This document shows, in pieces, positions 6,952 through 15,791 of a stretch of DNA of 32,000 nucleotides. Location: contig CP001848.1 of the NCBI GenBank assembly GCA_000025185.1, positions 3,060,001 to 3,092,000 of the forward strand, read 5' to 3'. Origin of the DNA: Pirellula staleyi DSM 6068 (GTDB lineage Bacteria > Planctomycetota > Planctomycetia > Pirellulales > Pirellulaceae). The notes under the pieces were generated by a model that was not told the origin of the DNA, did no database searches, and was given only the letters and a program-made list of their open reading frames with translations. Position 1 is the first letter of the stretch. Every line of letters starts with the position of its first letter. Made by a program: the position numbers and the translations under genes.

Positions 6952-8154
6952 ATGCGTCGCACTTGGTTTTGGTCGCTGCTCGGTGCAGCTGTCGTAGCAG
7001 GACTCGCTTCCTCCGCTTTTGCCGAAGGTGTACCCGGCAGCAAAGTGAAGTTTGTTCGCACGCAAATCGACGGAAAATTCCGGAGCGAAGGGGTTTGCGT
7101 CGGCGACTTCAACAAAGATGGCAAGGCCGATATCAGCACCGGATTTGCCTGGTACGAAGCACCCGATTGGAAAGAGCACTCGTTCACCGAAGCAGCTGTT
7201 CCCGAGTTCAATCCCAAAGGCTACAGCAACTCGTTCTGCTGTTTCACCGAAGATGTGAACGCCGACGGCTGGCCCGATGTGCTGGTAGTCGATTTCCCCG
7301 GCACACCCACCTGGTGGTTCGAAAATCCGAAGGAATCGTCGAAGCCTTGGACCAAGCACAAGGCGATCCCAGTGACGAACAACGAGAGCCCAAACTATCT
7401 CGACGTCGATGGCGATGGCAAGCGTGAACTCGTTTGTGCGTTTGCACCAACGACCGAAACTTCCGACGGCCCCGATCGTCAAATGGGGTTTGCCAAGCCC
7501 GATCCCACCGATGCTAAAAAGCCTTGGTTGCTGACAGCAGTCTCGACGAAGCAAGCACCGCAGACCACCAAGTATTCGCACGGTCTAGGGGTGGGGGACA
7601 TCAACAAAGATGGCAAGAACGACATCCTGTGCGCTGATGGTTGGTGGGAAGCTCCTGCCAAGGCCACTGCCGGTGAACCTTGGAAGTTCAACCCAGTGAA
7701 CTTTGGTGGTAAAGCGGCCCAGATGTATGCCTACGACTTCGATGGGGATGGGGATAACGATGTCCTCACCAGCAGTCCGCACGCCTTTGGCATTTGGTGG
7801 CACGAACAGCTGACCGACGGCAAGTGGAAAACCCACGAGCTCGATCGCAGCTTCTCGCAGATTCACGGGGTGTGCCTCGCCGATATCAATGGCGATGGTC
7901 TGGCCGATTTCGTCGCTGGCAAACGCTGGTGGGCTCACGCCGCTGGTGATCCCGGCGTCGATGAACCAGCAGTCTTCTACTGGTTCGAGCTGTCGCGCGA
8001 GAATGGTCGTCCGGTTTGGACGCCGCATCAATTCGACCACGACAGCGGACCCGGCACCCAGTTCGAAGTGGCCGACGTAAATGGCGATGGCTTGCTCGAT
8101 GTCGTTTCGTCGAGCAAGAAGGGGATTCACGTCTTCAAGCAGGTCCGCGAGTAG
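6952..8154 (+). CDS. Secreted FG-GAP/VCBS-repeat beta-propeller protein
   Basis: Signal peptide MRRTWFWSLLGAAVVAGLASSAFA. Seven Ca-binding-type repeats: DFNKDGKADI, DVNADGWPDV, DVDGDGKREL, DINKDGKNDI, DFDGDGDNDV, DINGDGLADF, DVNGDGLLDV. Confidence 0.85.
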   Translation: MRRTWFWSLLGAAVVAGLASSAFAEGVPGSKVKFVRTQIDGKFRSEGVCVGDFNKDGKADISTGFAWYEAPDWKEHSFTEAAVPEFNPKGYSNSFCCFTEDVNADGWPDVLVVDFPGTPTWWFENPKESSKPWTKHKAIPVTNNESPNYLDVDGDGKRELVCAFAPTTETSDGPDRQMGFAKPDPTDAKKPWLLTAVSTKQAPQTTKYSHGLGVGDINKDGKNDILCADGWWEAPAKATAGEPWKFNPVNFGGKAAQMYAYDFDGDGDNDVLTSSPHAFGIWWHEQLTDGKWKTHELDRSFSQIHGVCLADINGDGLADFVAGKRWWAHAAGDPGVDEPAVFYWFELSRENGRPVWTPHQFDHDSGPGTQFEVADVNGDGLLDVVSSSKKGIHVFKQVRE

Positions 8155-8176
8155 CATCGACCTGCCGTAGTGTCGA

Positions 8177-9070
8177 TTAGCGCCGGCTACGGGCGAGCGA
8201 ATGCAAAATCGCTTGTAGCAGGCCATCGACCGTCACAATGCCGAGTACGCGGTGGGCTTGATTCACCACCGCGAGCGCCTCGAGCTGATGATCGATTAGC
8301 AGCTGAGCCACTTCCGCTTGGGTTTGGCTCGGCCGAGCGGTCGGACTCTTCCGAGCCAGCTGCGCGAGGGTGGTGATGGCTTCACGCTCGGGTGATAGTT
8401 CGAGCGTCGATGCAGCCAGCTGCTCGCTGACATGCAGTTCGACCAAAGCTCTGCGCGATACCACTCCCACCGGAAAATCGCCACGCACGATCACCACATA
8501 CGGGCTGCTGCTGGTGTGCATGGCGAGCAGTGTCTCTTCGAGCGAAGCATCGGTTTCTACCGATTCCCCGGCATTTTCGAGCAACTGACCACACGTGTCG
8601 TGGCTCGTCGGAAAACCGCCGCAAGCCAGCTCTCGTAGGAAATCGCTGCTGGTGATCATGCCGACCAGTTTTCCCTCGTCGACAACCGGAAGCGAATGAA
8701 TCTGGTTCTCGACGAGTCGAGCCAGGGCAATCGCCACTTCTTCCGACGTGCTGCAAGTGAGCACCCGCGCTGTCATCACCTGGCAGGCTGCAATCGCGCG
8801 GCGCTCGCTGTCTGCGTTATCCGCAGCGCTGAAGAGCGGGCTGCTTGCCACCAGCACTTGCGATTCGAGAGCCCGCAGCACATCAATTTTCGAGATCACG
8901 CCGACCAGTTTTCGCTCGCTGCTGACCACCGGCAAATGGCGAACGCCGAGTTGCTGCAGCTTTTCATGCACTTCGGCCAGGGTGGTCTCTTCGCGGCAAC
9001 TGATCGGGTTGTACGTGATGAGATCGGACAGAATCATCGCTACATTCCTCGGGCTCGGCACAGTCGTCAT
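8177..9070 (-). CDS. CBS-domain protein (tandem CBS pairs, no other obvious domain)
   Basis: 297 aa with repeated CBS-like units (..VRHLPVVSSERKLVGVISKIDVLRAL.., ..IHSLPVVDEGKLVGMITSSDFLREL.., ..LEALAVVNQAHRVLGIVTVDGLLQAI..). An alternative start MILSDL at 9037 is possible. Confidence 0.8.
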   Translation of the reverse strand: MTTVPSPRNVAMILSDLITYNPISCREETTLAEVHEKLQQLGVRHLPVVSSERKLVGVISKIDVLRALESQVLVASSPLFSAADNADSERRAIAACQVMTARVLTCSTSEEVAIALARLVENQIHSLPVVDEGKLVGMITSSDFLRELACGGFPTSHDTCGQLLENAGESVETDASLEETLLAMHTSSSPYVVIVRGDFPVGVVSRRALVELHVSEQLAASTLELSPEREAITTLAQLARKSPTARPSQTQAEVAQLLIDHQLEALAVVNQAHRVLGIVTVDGLLQAILHSLARSRR

Positions 9071-9155
9071 AGGCAGGCGCTCGATACCCCAGAAGTACGG
9101 ATGGGTAGGAGCGTAGGACGAAAGGAATGTAGTTCACAAATGGACTGCCGGACGT

Positions 9156-9677
9156 TCAGCGGGCAGTAGCCACCGGACTTGGCGAAACCGATTTCGCGGC
9201 GGTCGATTTTGGGTCAGTCCCTTGGCAGAGGAGTTTCTCGATCGTTTCGTAGCGGTAATCGAAGATCCGTTTCAGGAGACCCTGCACCATCACCACGTGA
9301 GCCAGTGTGCCGATTGGTCCGAAGGGGATTTGATAACGGACACGGTCGGTCATCACCGTTTCGTTGCCGTCGGCCACGAAGGTGTGCGTATGGTGCCACA
9401 ACTTGTACGGGCCGACGAGTTGCCGATCGACGAAGCTATCGGTGGGGGACCATTTCTCGATCAGAGTGCGCCAGAAGATCGGGACCCCGAACAACCGCAG
9501 TTTGTACTCGATGAGTGCCCCCTCGCGCATCTCGATCGGAAGTTTCGAGAGGATTTTGAAATTCAGCCACGGAGGGGTGATGGCTTCGAGATTCCCGGCG
9601 TCGGCGAAGAATTCAAAGACTTCGTCGAGGGGCCGGGGGATGCGCTGCACGCGCTCGAGAACATATTCTTTCGACAT
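9156..9677 (-). CDS. SRPBCC-family (START/polyketide-cyclase-like) protein
   Basis: The start is taken at MSKEYVLERVQRIPRPLDEVFEFFADAGNLEAITPPWLNFKIL.., the typical N-terminus of SRPBCC proteins that accompany TIGR01777 epimerases. The upstream extension to 9731 has no support. Confidence 0.75.
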   Translation of the reverse strand: MSKEYVLERVQRIPRPLDEVFEFFADAGNLEAITPPWLNFKILSKLPIEMREGALIEYKLRLFGVPIFWRTLIEKWSPTDSFVDRQLVGPYKLWHHTHTFVADGNETVMTDRVRYQIPFGPIGTLAHVVMVQGLLKRIFDYRYETIEKLLCQGTDPKSTAAKSVSPSPVATAR

Positions 9678-9755
9678 CGGTCGGCTCTTCCTTCCAAACC
9701 GTAAGTGGGGCGCCGGAAGAGCCGCAGCCAATCGGCGGGCTGGATAGCTCGCGTG

Positions 9756-10670
9756 CTACGGTTTCTTTCCGACAATATTGTTGAGGGCTGGCAAGAGTTC
9801 GGGCCACTGAAACTGATAGCCGGCCGCTTGGATGGCGGTGGGAACGACGTTTTGCGACGCCAGCAGCACGCGGGCAAACTCCCCCAGGGCGATGTTCAGG
9901 ACAAATCCAGGAACCGCTGGAAAAAAGGTCGGTCGGCCGAGTGCCTTGCCGAGCGTGTGGGTGAACTCTGTATTGCTAACCGGCTTGGGAGCGGTGGCGT
10001 TCACAGGTCCCCGCACGTTTTCGTGGCTGGCGGCGTAGAGCATCAGCCCGACGAGGTCGTCGATGTGAATCCAGGGCATCATCTGTTTTCCGCTCCCGAG
10101 CGGACTTCCGACCCCCAATTGAAACGGGAGGAGCATTTTCCCGAGAGCGCCCCCTTTTTCTCCGAGCACGATGCCGATCCGGGGATTCACCACGCGGACC
10201 CCAAAATTTTCAGCAGCCTGGGCTTCGCGCTCCCAGCTTTCGCAGATTTCAGCCAGGTAGTCGCTGGCGGGAGGAGAGGTTTCGGTGAGGATTTCGCTCG
10301 GGCGGTCGCCGTAGATTCCGACAGCCGACGCGCTAATTAGCACGCGTGGGCGGGGGGAAATTTGTTCCATTACTTGGACTAAATGGCGTGTCCCCTGCAC
10401 GCGACTCTCGCGCATCCGCTCTTTTTTGGCCTTCGTCCAGCGGCCATCGGCCACCGAATCACCCGCCAGATGAAACACCACGTCAATCCCTTCAAACGCT
10501 TCAGCGGGGGGATGTCCCGATGTCGGTTCCCAGGCGTAGGCCTTCACTTTGTAGGCGGAAAGTGCCTTTTCGGCTTTCGCGGGATCGCGCGACAACACTA
10601 CCGGGTTATCGAGCTTGCTGATCAAGCGTTTGCCGACAAAGCCGGTGCCACCGGTAACAAGAGCACGCAT
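9756..10670 (-). CDS. TIGR01777/YfcH-type NAD-dependent epimerase/dehydratase family protein (with DUF1731-like C-terminus)
   Basis: The Rossmann motif MRALVTGGTGFVGKRL sits at the chosen start (10670). Length and C-terminal ..AGYQFQWPEL..AL fit the YfcH family. Confidence 0.85.
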   Translation of the reverse strand: MRALVTGGTGFVGKRLISKLDNPVVLSRDPAKAEKALSAYKVKAYAWEPTSGHPPAEAFEGIDVVFHLAGDSVADGRWTKAKKERMRESRVQGTRHLVQVMEQISPRPRVLISASAVGIYGDRPSEILTETSPPASDYLAEICESWEREAQAAENFGVRVVNPRIGIVLGEKGGALGKMLLPFQLGVGSPLGSGKQMMPWIHIDDLVGLMLYAASHENVRGPVNATAPKPVSNTEFTHTLGKALGRPTFFPAVPGFVLNIALGEFARVLLASQNVVPTAIQAAGYQFQWPELLPALNNIVGKKP

Positions 10671-10880
10671 GGAAAGATCTCCGCCAATCAAAGGGGTCGC
10701 ATAAGTCGCATTCCACTATTGCCGATTTGCGAAGTTCGGCAAGCAGTCGATTTCGATTGCACCTGCTCGGGAATTCATCAATAATACTTGATCGTTCCCA
10801 CCTTAGCGGCAAACGCAACACCCGCCCCAGCAGCTTAGCGTTTGGCGCTCCTCCCCTCGCCTACCGGAGGCAGCATCCGC

Positions 10881-13169
10881 ATGACGCACCTCGCCCCCTT
10901 TCGCGAGCCGGCTGGTTTCTCGCGCCGATTGGCTCTTACCGGACTCTCTTTCGCCCCGCAAGCAGCGGCGCTCGTGGCTGTCGTGCTTGGGGCCATCGCC
11001 AGCCCGGCTCATGCGGCTGACGAGCACCCGATCTCCTTCCAGCGCGATGTGATGGCGGTGATCTCGAAAGCAGGCTGTAATTTTGGGGCCTGCCACGCCA
11101 ACACGACCGGCAAAGGAGGGATGAAACTTTCCCTTCGGGGCGAAGATCCCGCCTTCGACCACCGCGCGCTGGCCCGCGAACTGCAAGGGCGACGGATCAA
11201 CCTGATTGAGCCCGAGCAAAGTCTGCTGCTGCTGAAAGCGACCTCGCAAGTCGCCCACCAAGGAGGGCTTCGCTTCGGCAAGGAGTCGGAGGAATTCGAC
11301 ATCCTGCGGCGCTGGATTGCGGCCGGTGCTCCCGGACCCAAAAGCGACAAAGCTCCGCAGCTACAGCGCCTCGAAGTCACCCCGCGCGAACTGGTTGTCG
11401 TGGCCCCGTCGCGCGAAGTGCAAATCCAAGTGACGGCCCATTTCGAAGATGGCTCGACGCGCGACGTTCAGTCGCTCGCCATCTATGAACTCACCGACCG
11501 GCTCGTCGACGTTTCGCACGATGGGCTCGTCACCGCCAAATCCAACTGCGAAACGACCATCGTCGTCCGCTACCTGCAGCAGCAAGTGCCGGTGCGACTC
11601 GCTTTCATTCCGCAGCAAACGTCGTTTGCGTTTCAGCGTCCGGCCGAGCAGAACTACATCGACAAGCATCTCTGGAATCGGCTTGCGCAGCTCGAACTTC
11701 AGCCCTCTCCCGAAGCGGATGAAGCGACGCAGTTGCGGCGGCTCTATCTCGACATGATCGGCCTGCTGCCAACAGCCGACGAAGCTCGCAGCTATCTGGC
11801 CGATAGTGCGGTCGACAAGTGGCCTCGCAAGGTCGATGAACTTCTCGCGCGTCCGGAGTTTGCCGAGCACTGGACCCTGAAATGGGCCGACCTCTTACGG
11901 ACTGAAGAGAAGGTGCTCGACAGCCGCGGCGTCGATGCGTTCTATACCTGGATGCGCGACGGGATCGCCGCCGATAAACCGCTCGATCAGTTCGTGAGCG
12001 AAATGATCACCGCCGAAGGTAGCACCTACGAAGTTCCTGCCGCCAACTTCTACCGCGCGAATCGCGATCCGCTGACGCGCGGCGAAACAGCCGCTCGGTT
12101 GTTCCTCGGTGTGCGGCTGCAATGTGCACGTTGCCACAACCATCCGTTCGATCGCTGGACCCAAGACGACTACTACAACTGGTCGTCGATCTTTGCACGC
12201 ATCGACTATGAAATCATCGACAACAATCGGAAAGATAAGCTCGACAAGAACGAGTTTACCGGCGAGCAAAAAGTGCTCGTCAAAGACAAGGGAGAAGTGA
12301 AAAACGCCCGGACCGGCAAAGATGCCGTGCCGCAATTCCTCGGCGCTAGCAAACTCGAAATCGAGTCCTCCGCCGACCGTCTCGAGCCGCTCGCCCAGTG
12401 GCTCACGTCGAAAGAGAACAAGCAGTTTGCCGCAGCGCAGGCCAACTTCGTGTGGTATCACCTGATGGGGCGTGGACTCGTGCATCCGATCGATGATTTC
12501 CGGCTCACTAATCCGGCGAGTCACCCGCAATTGCTCGAGGAATTGGCCACGTCGCTCGTCGCGCATCAGTACCAGATGAAGCCCCTCATTCGCGAAATTG
12601 TGATGAGTCAGGCGTATAAAACTTCCGCTCTTCCGTCGGCCGGCAACGAGCGCGATGAAACCAACTATGCCCGCGCGGTGGTGAAGCGTCTCTCGGCCGA
12701 ACAACTGCTCGATGCTCAGCTGCAAGTCCTTGGTGTAGCGGGCAAATTTCAAGGCTATCCCGACGGTACACGTGCCGGGCAACTGCGGGGTGTCGAGCGC
12801 GAACGTCGTCGACTCACCGGTGGCGATCGCTTCCTTCGAACCTTTGGCAAACCGGCGCGGCTGCTCGCCTGCGAGTGCGAACGCTCGAGCGAAACGACTC
12901 TCAAGCAAGCGCTCGTGCTGATTGGCGATGCCGATCTCGATCAGCATTTGACGCGCGACGATGGCCGGATCGCCAAACTCGCAGCAAGCGATACACCGTG
13001 GCAAACGGCAGTCGAAGAATTGTACTGGACCGCACTGACGCGCAATCCCACGCCCGATGAACTCGCGCGAGCCAAGCAAATTCTCGACGACACCGGCAGC
13101 CAGCGCGAAATGCTCACCGATCTCGCCTGGGCGCTACTGAACAGCAAAGAGTTTGTCTTTCGGCACTAA
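10881..13169 (+). CDS. DUF1549 (PSCyt2) / Ig-like / DUF1553 (PSD1) protein
   Basis: The ATG at 10881 (MTHLAPF..) is preferred over the TTG at 10842. N-terminal CNFGACHANTTGKGGMKLSL. Big_2-like segment (LEVTPRELVVVAPSREVQIQVTAHFEDGSTRDV..). DUF1549-like IDKHLWNRLAQLELQPSPEAD..YLDMIGLLPT. DUF1553-like CARCHNHPFDRWTQDDYY. Confidence 0.9.
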   Translation: MTHLAPFREPAGFSRRLALTGLSFAPQAAALVAVVLGAIASPAHAADEHPISFQRDVMAVISKAGCNFGACHANTTGKGGMKLSLRGEDPAFDHRALARELQGRRINLIEPEQSLLLLKATSQVAHQGGLRFGKESEEFDILRRWIAAGAPGPKSDKAPQLQRLEVTPRELVVVAPSREVQIQVTAHFEDGSTRDVQSLAIYELTDRLVDVSHDGLVTAKSNCETTIVVRYLQQQVPVRLAFIPQQTSFAFQRPAEQNYIDKHLWNRLAQLELQPSPEADEATQLRRLYLDMIGLLPTADEARSYLADSAVDKWPRKVDELLARPEFAEHWTLKWADLLRTEEKVLDSRGVDAFYTWMRDGIAADKPLDQFVSEMITAEGSTYEVPAANFYRANRDPLTRGETAARLFLGVRLQCARCHNHPFDRWTQDDYYNWSSIFARIDYEIIDNNRKDKLDKNEFTGEQKVLVKDKGEVKNARTGKDAVPQFLGASKLEIESSADRLEPLAQWLTSKENKQFAAAQANFVWYHLMGRGLVHPIDDFRLTNPASHPQLLEELATSLVAHQYQMKPLIREIVMSQAYKTSALPSAGNERDETNYARAVVKRLSAEQLLDAQLQVLGVAGKFQGYPDGTRAGQLRGVERERRRLTGGDRFLRTFGKPARLLACECERSSETTLKQALVLIGDADLDQHLTRDDGRIAKLAASDTPWQTAVEELYWTALTRNPTPDELARAKQILDDTGSQREMLTDLAWALLNSKEFVFRH

Positions 13170-13257
13170 GGCCGCACATGGTCGCTGGAAATCGAACGCA
13201 GCTTTCCGGTTCCCCGCTAAGAAAAACACGACTCCACCTCTCTTCCAGGATTTCGAG

Positions 13258-14346
13258 ATGCCTCCCATCACGACGATTTCTCGAGCCATGCGACACACGC
13301 ACTTGGCTCTCGCGCTGCTGGTGCTGCTGACTACCACCACAGATGCCTGGGGAGGCGAAAGTGATGGTCGGCTCGATATCTACTGGATCGATGTCGAAGG
13401 TGGAGCCGCCACACTGCTAGTGACCCCCGCAGGCGAAACACTGCTGATCGACTCCGGAAATCCTGGCCGGCGCGACCCCGATCGAATCGTGAAAGTGGTG
13501 ACCGAAGTGGCGGGGTGCAAGCGGATCGATCACCTGGTGACGACCCACTATCACGGCGATCACTACGGCGGCGCTATCACGCTGGCGACGCTGCTGCCGA
13601 TCGGTACGCTCTACGACAACGGCCAGTTCGAAGGGATGCCCGACAATCCTGGCAAAGCCTACTTCGATATCCGCGCGGAGAAAAAAGAAGTGCTCGCTCC
13701 TGGCAGCGAGATCAAGCTCCGCCAGTCGGACAAAACAGGGGCTGCGGCGATCAAAGTCCGCTGCTTGGGAACTCGTCAGCAGTTTGTGCTCGCCGGCGAA
13801 GCGACCCCTGCTAATGATTCGATCTGCAGCGACGCACGCGAGAAAAATCGGGATGGAAGCGACAACGCCAACAGCGTGGTTTTGCACATCGGCTTTGGAC
13901 CTTGGAAGATGCTTGATGCCGGGGATCTGACCTGGAATCAAGAGGCCAAGCTAGTTTGCCCGAAGAATCTGATTGGTCTGGTGGATGTCTATCAAACGAC
14001 CCATCACGGGCTCGATGCGAGCAACAATCCGCTGGTGATTCGTTCGATCGAGCCCCGCGTGGCAATCATGAACAACGGTGCGACCAAGGGGGGGATGCCC
14101 GACGTGTTCGAGGCGCTCCGGGCGCAGAAGTCGATCCAAGCGATCTATCAGCTCCACAAAAATCTGACGCCAGCTGGGGCCGATCTCAACGAGCCTGCGG
14201 AGTACATCGCCAATCTCGAGAAGGAATGCGCGGGCAATTATGTCCACCTTTCAGTCGCGCCCGATGGGGCGTCGTACAAGGTGAGCATCCCAGCCAATAA
14301 GCACGAGCGACAATTCACGACTCGCGACGCCGAAGGAAAGAAGTGA
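13258..14346 (+). CDS. Secreted MBL-fold metallo-hydrolase (ComEC-C-terminal-like)
   Basis: Signal-like MPPITTISRAMRHTHLALALLVLLTTTTDAWG. Metal-binding motif THYHGDHYGG (HxHxDH). Later ..VYQTTHHG... The stop shares one nt with the next ATG (TGATG, 14344-14348). Confidence 0.8.
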   Translation: MPPITTISRAMRHTHLALALLVLLTTTTDAWGGESDGRLDIYWIDVEGGAATLLVTPAGETLLIDSGNPGRRDPDRIVKVVTEVAGCKRIDHLVTTHYHGDHYGGAITLATLLPIGTLYDNGQFEGMPDNPGKAYFDIRAEKKEVLAPGSEIKLRQSDKTGAAAIKVRCLGTRQQFVLAGEATPANDSICSDAREKNRDGSDNANSVVLHIGFGPWKMLDAGDLTWNQEAKLVCPKNLIGLVDVYQTTHHGLDASNNPLVIRSIEPRVAIMNNGATKGGMPDVFEALRAQKSIQAIYQLHKNLTPAGADLNEPAEYIANLEKECAGNYVHLSVAPDGASYKVSIPANKHERQFTTRDAEGKK

Positions 14347-15728
14347 TGCACGACTTCAGCTGCCCCTCGATGCAAACCGTCTCGCGCCGCACGATGATCA
14401 AAGTGGGTGGCATGGGGATGCTTGGGCTCTCGCTGCCGCAGTTGCTGCAAGCCGAAGCGACCGCTTCGAAGCTTCGCGCGCGAGCCAAGTCGGTAATCTT
14501 TCTGTTCCAGTGGGGTGGGCCGAGTCACGTCGATATGTTCGACATGAAGCCCGATGCGCCGGAAGATATTCGCGGCCCGCTGAAGCCGATTGCATCGTCG
14601 GCCGACGGGATTCAGGTCTGTGAGCAGTTGCCCGAAACTGCGAAAATCATGCACAAGGTTTCGCTGATTCGGACCCTCACGCACACGATGAAAAATCATA
14701 ACTCGGCGGGCTACTATGCCCTCTCGGGGCACGAACCACCGAGCGACGATCAGCGGCTGCGCGATTCGCTCGATCTGTTTCCGGCTTACGGCAGCGTCGT
14801 CGATCAGCTAACACCGCCAGCGACCGACATGCCGACGTTTGTCGCCTATCCCCATGTGATTTCCGACGGCTCGATCACGCCGGGACAGCATGCGAGTTTT
14901 CTCGGCAAATCGCACGATCCGCTCCTCTTTACCGAAGACCCAGCGAGTCCCGATTTTCGCTTGCCCGAGCTCAGTTTGCCGTCGGGGCTGGCGATCGATC
15001 GGCTTCATCGCCGGCGCGAATTGCAGCGGCTGATCGACAAGCAAACGCGGCTGCTCGAAAGCAGCGCCGAGGCGCAAGGTTTCGATGCCTACTACGATCG
15101 GGCGATTCATCTGCTGACGAGCGACAAAGTGCGCCGCGCGTTCGATCTGTCGGCTGAAACTCCCGAGACACGCGACCGCTATGGACGAACCACCTATGGC
15201 CAAGGCTGCTTGCTCGCACGCCGCTTGGTCGAAGCGGGCGTGAAGTTCGTGACGGTCTATTTTTCGAACTCGATCGGTGGTCAGAGTACGAAAGAAGGGG
15301 GCTGGGATACGCACGGCTTCAACGACACGCGCATGTTCCCGATCGTGAAGGACTATCACTTCCCGATCACCGAAAAAACCTTACCCACGCTGCTCAACGA
15401 CCTCGATGATCGTGGACTGCTCGACGACACGCTCGTCGTTTGGATGGGAGAGTTTGGTCGCACGCCGAAGATCAACGGGAACGCCAGTCGCGATCATTGG
15501 CCGCAGTGCTACACCTCGCTGCTGGCAGGTGGCGGCGTGAAGCAAGGCTATGTGTATGGCAAAAGCGACAAGCATGGGATGTATCCCGACGAGCATCCGG
15601 TGAAGCCGGAGGATATGGCAGCCACCATCTACGCCGCGCTCGGCATCGATCCGGCGAGCGAGATTCACGACCGGAACAATCGCCCCCTCGCGATTGCTGG
15701 CAAACCGGTGTGGGACGTGTTTGCGTAA
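14346..15728 (+). CDS. DUF1501 (sulfatase-fold) protein with twin-arginine signal
   Basis: Tat-like SRRTMIKVGGMGMLGLSLPQLLQAEA. ..FLFQWGGPSHVDMFDMKPDAP.. and ..VVWMGEFGRTPKIN..RDHW.. are typical of DUF1501. Confidence 0.9.
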   Translation: MHDFSCPSMQTVSRRTMIKVGGMGMLGLSLPQLLQAEATASKLRARAKSVIFLFQWGGPSHVDMFDMKPDAPEDIRGPLKPIASSADGIQVCEQLPETAKIMHKVSLIRTLTHTMKNHNSAGYYALSGHEPPSDDQRLRDSLDLFPAYGSVVDQLTPPATDMPTFVAYPHVISDGSITPGQHASFLGKSHDPLLFTEDPASPDFRLPELSLPSGLAIDRLHRRRELQRLIDKQTRLLESSAEAQGFDAYYDRAIHLLTSDKVRRAFDLSAETPETRDRYGRTTYGQGCLLARRLVEAGVKFVTVYFSNSIGGQSTKEGGWDTHGFNDTRMFPIVKDYHFPITEKTLPTLLNDLDDRGLLDDTLVVWMGEFGRTPKINGNASRDHWPQCYTSLLAGGGVKQGYVYGKSDKHGMYPDEHPVKPEDMAATIYAALGIDPASEIHDRNNRPLAIAGKPVWDVFA

Positions 15729-15791
15729 TCGCGCGGCCTGATTGAATCGACTGGGGTACCCAAAAAAACGCCGGGGTAAGTGGTAGAGGCG

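Noticed and set aside
8156-8177. ATCGAC-N10-GTCGAT inverted repeat filling the 22-nt gap between the convergent FG-GAP and CBS genes (possible bidirectional terminator)
   Set aside because: It has only 6 bp, a 10-nt loop and no flanking U/A-tracts, so it is too weak to call.
10842-10880. TTG-initiated N-terminal extension of the DUF1549/1553 ORF given in the track
   Set aside because: The extension (MALLPSPTGGSIR) adds nothing signal-like and would overlap the leader inverted repeat. The ATG at 10881 is followed by a plausible signal/anchor region.
11076-11096. C-x4-CH (CNFGACH) instead of the canonical CxxCH haem motif at the N-terminus of the DUF1549/1553 protein
   Set aside because: From memory, this CN.G.CH..GKGG..LSL variant is a recurring trait of the Ig-domain-containing subfamily rather than a peculiarity of this gene. 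I cannot tell from sequence alone whether it binds haem, so I did not count it as a novelty.
15741-15791. ACGCC..GGCGT stem followed by T7 on the minus strand (downstream of the acyl-CoA synthetase), plus the GGGTACCC palindrome
   Set aside because: It has a 5-bp stem with a 15-nt loop, so stability is marginal. It may still act as a terminator, but I cannot support that.
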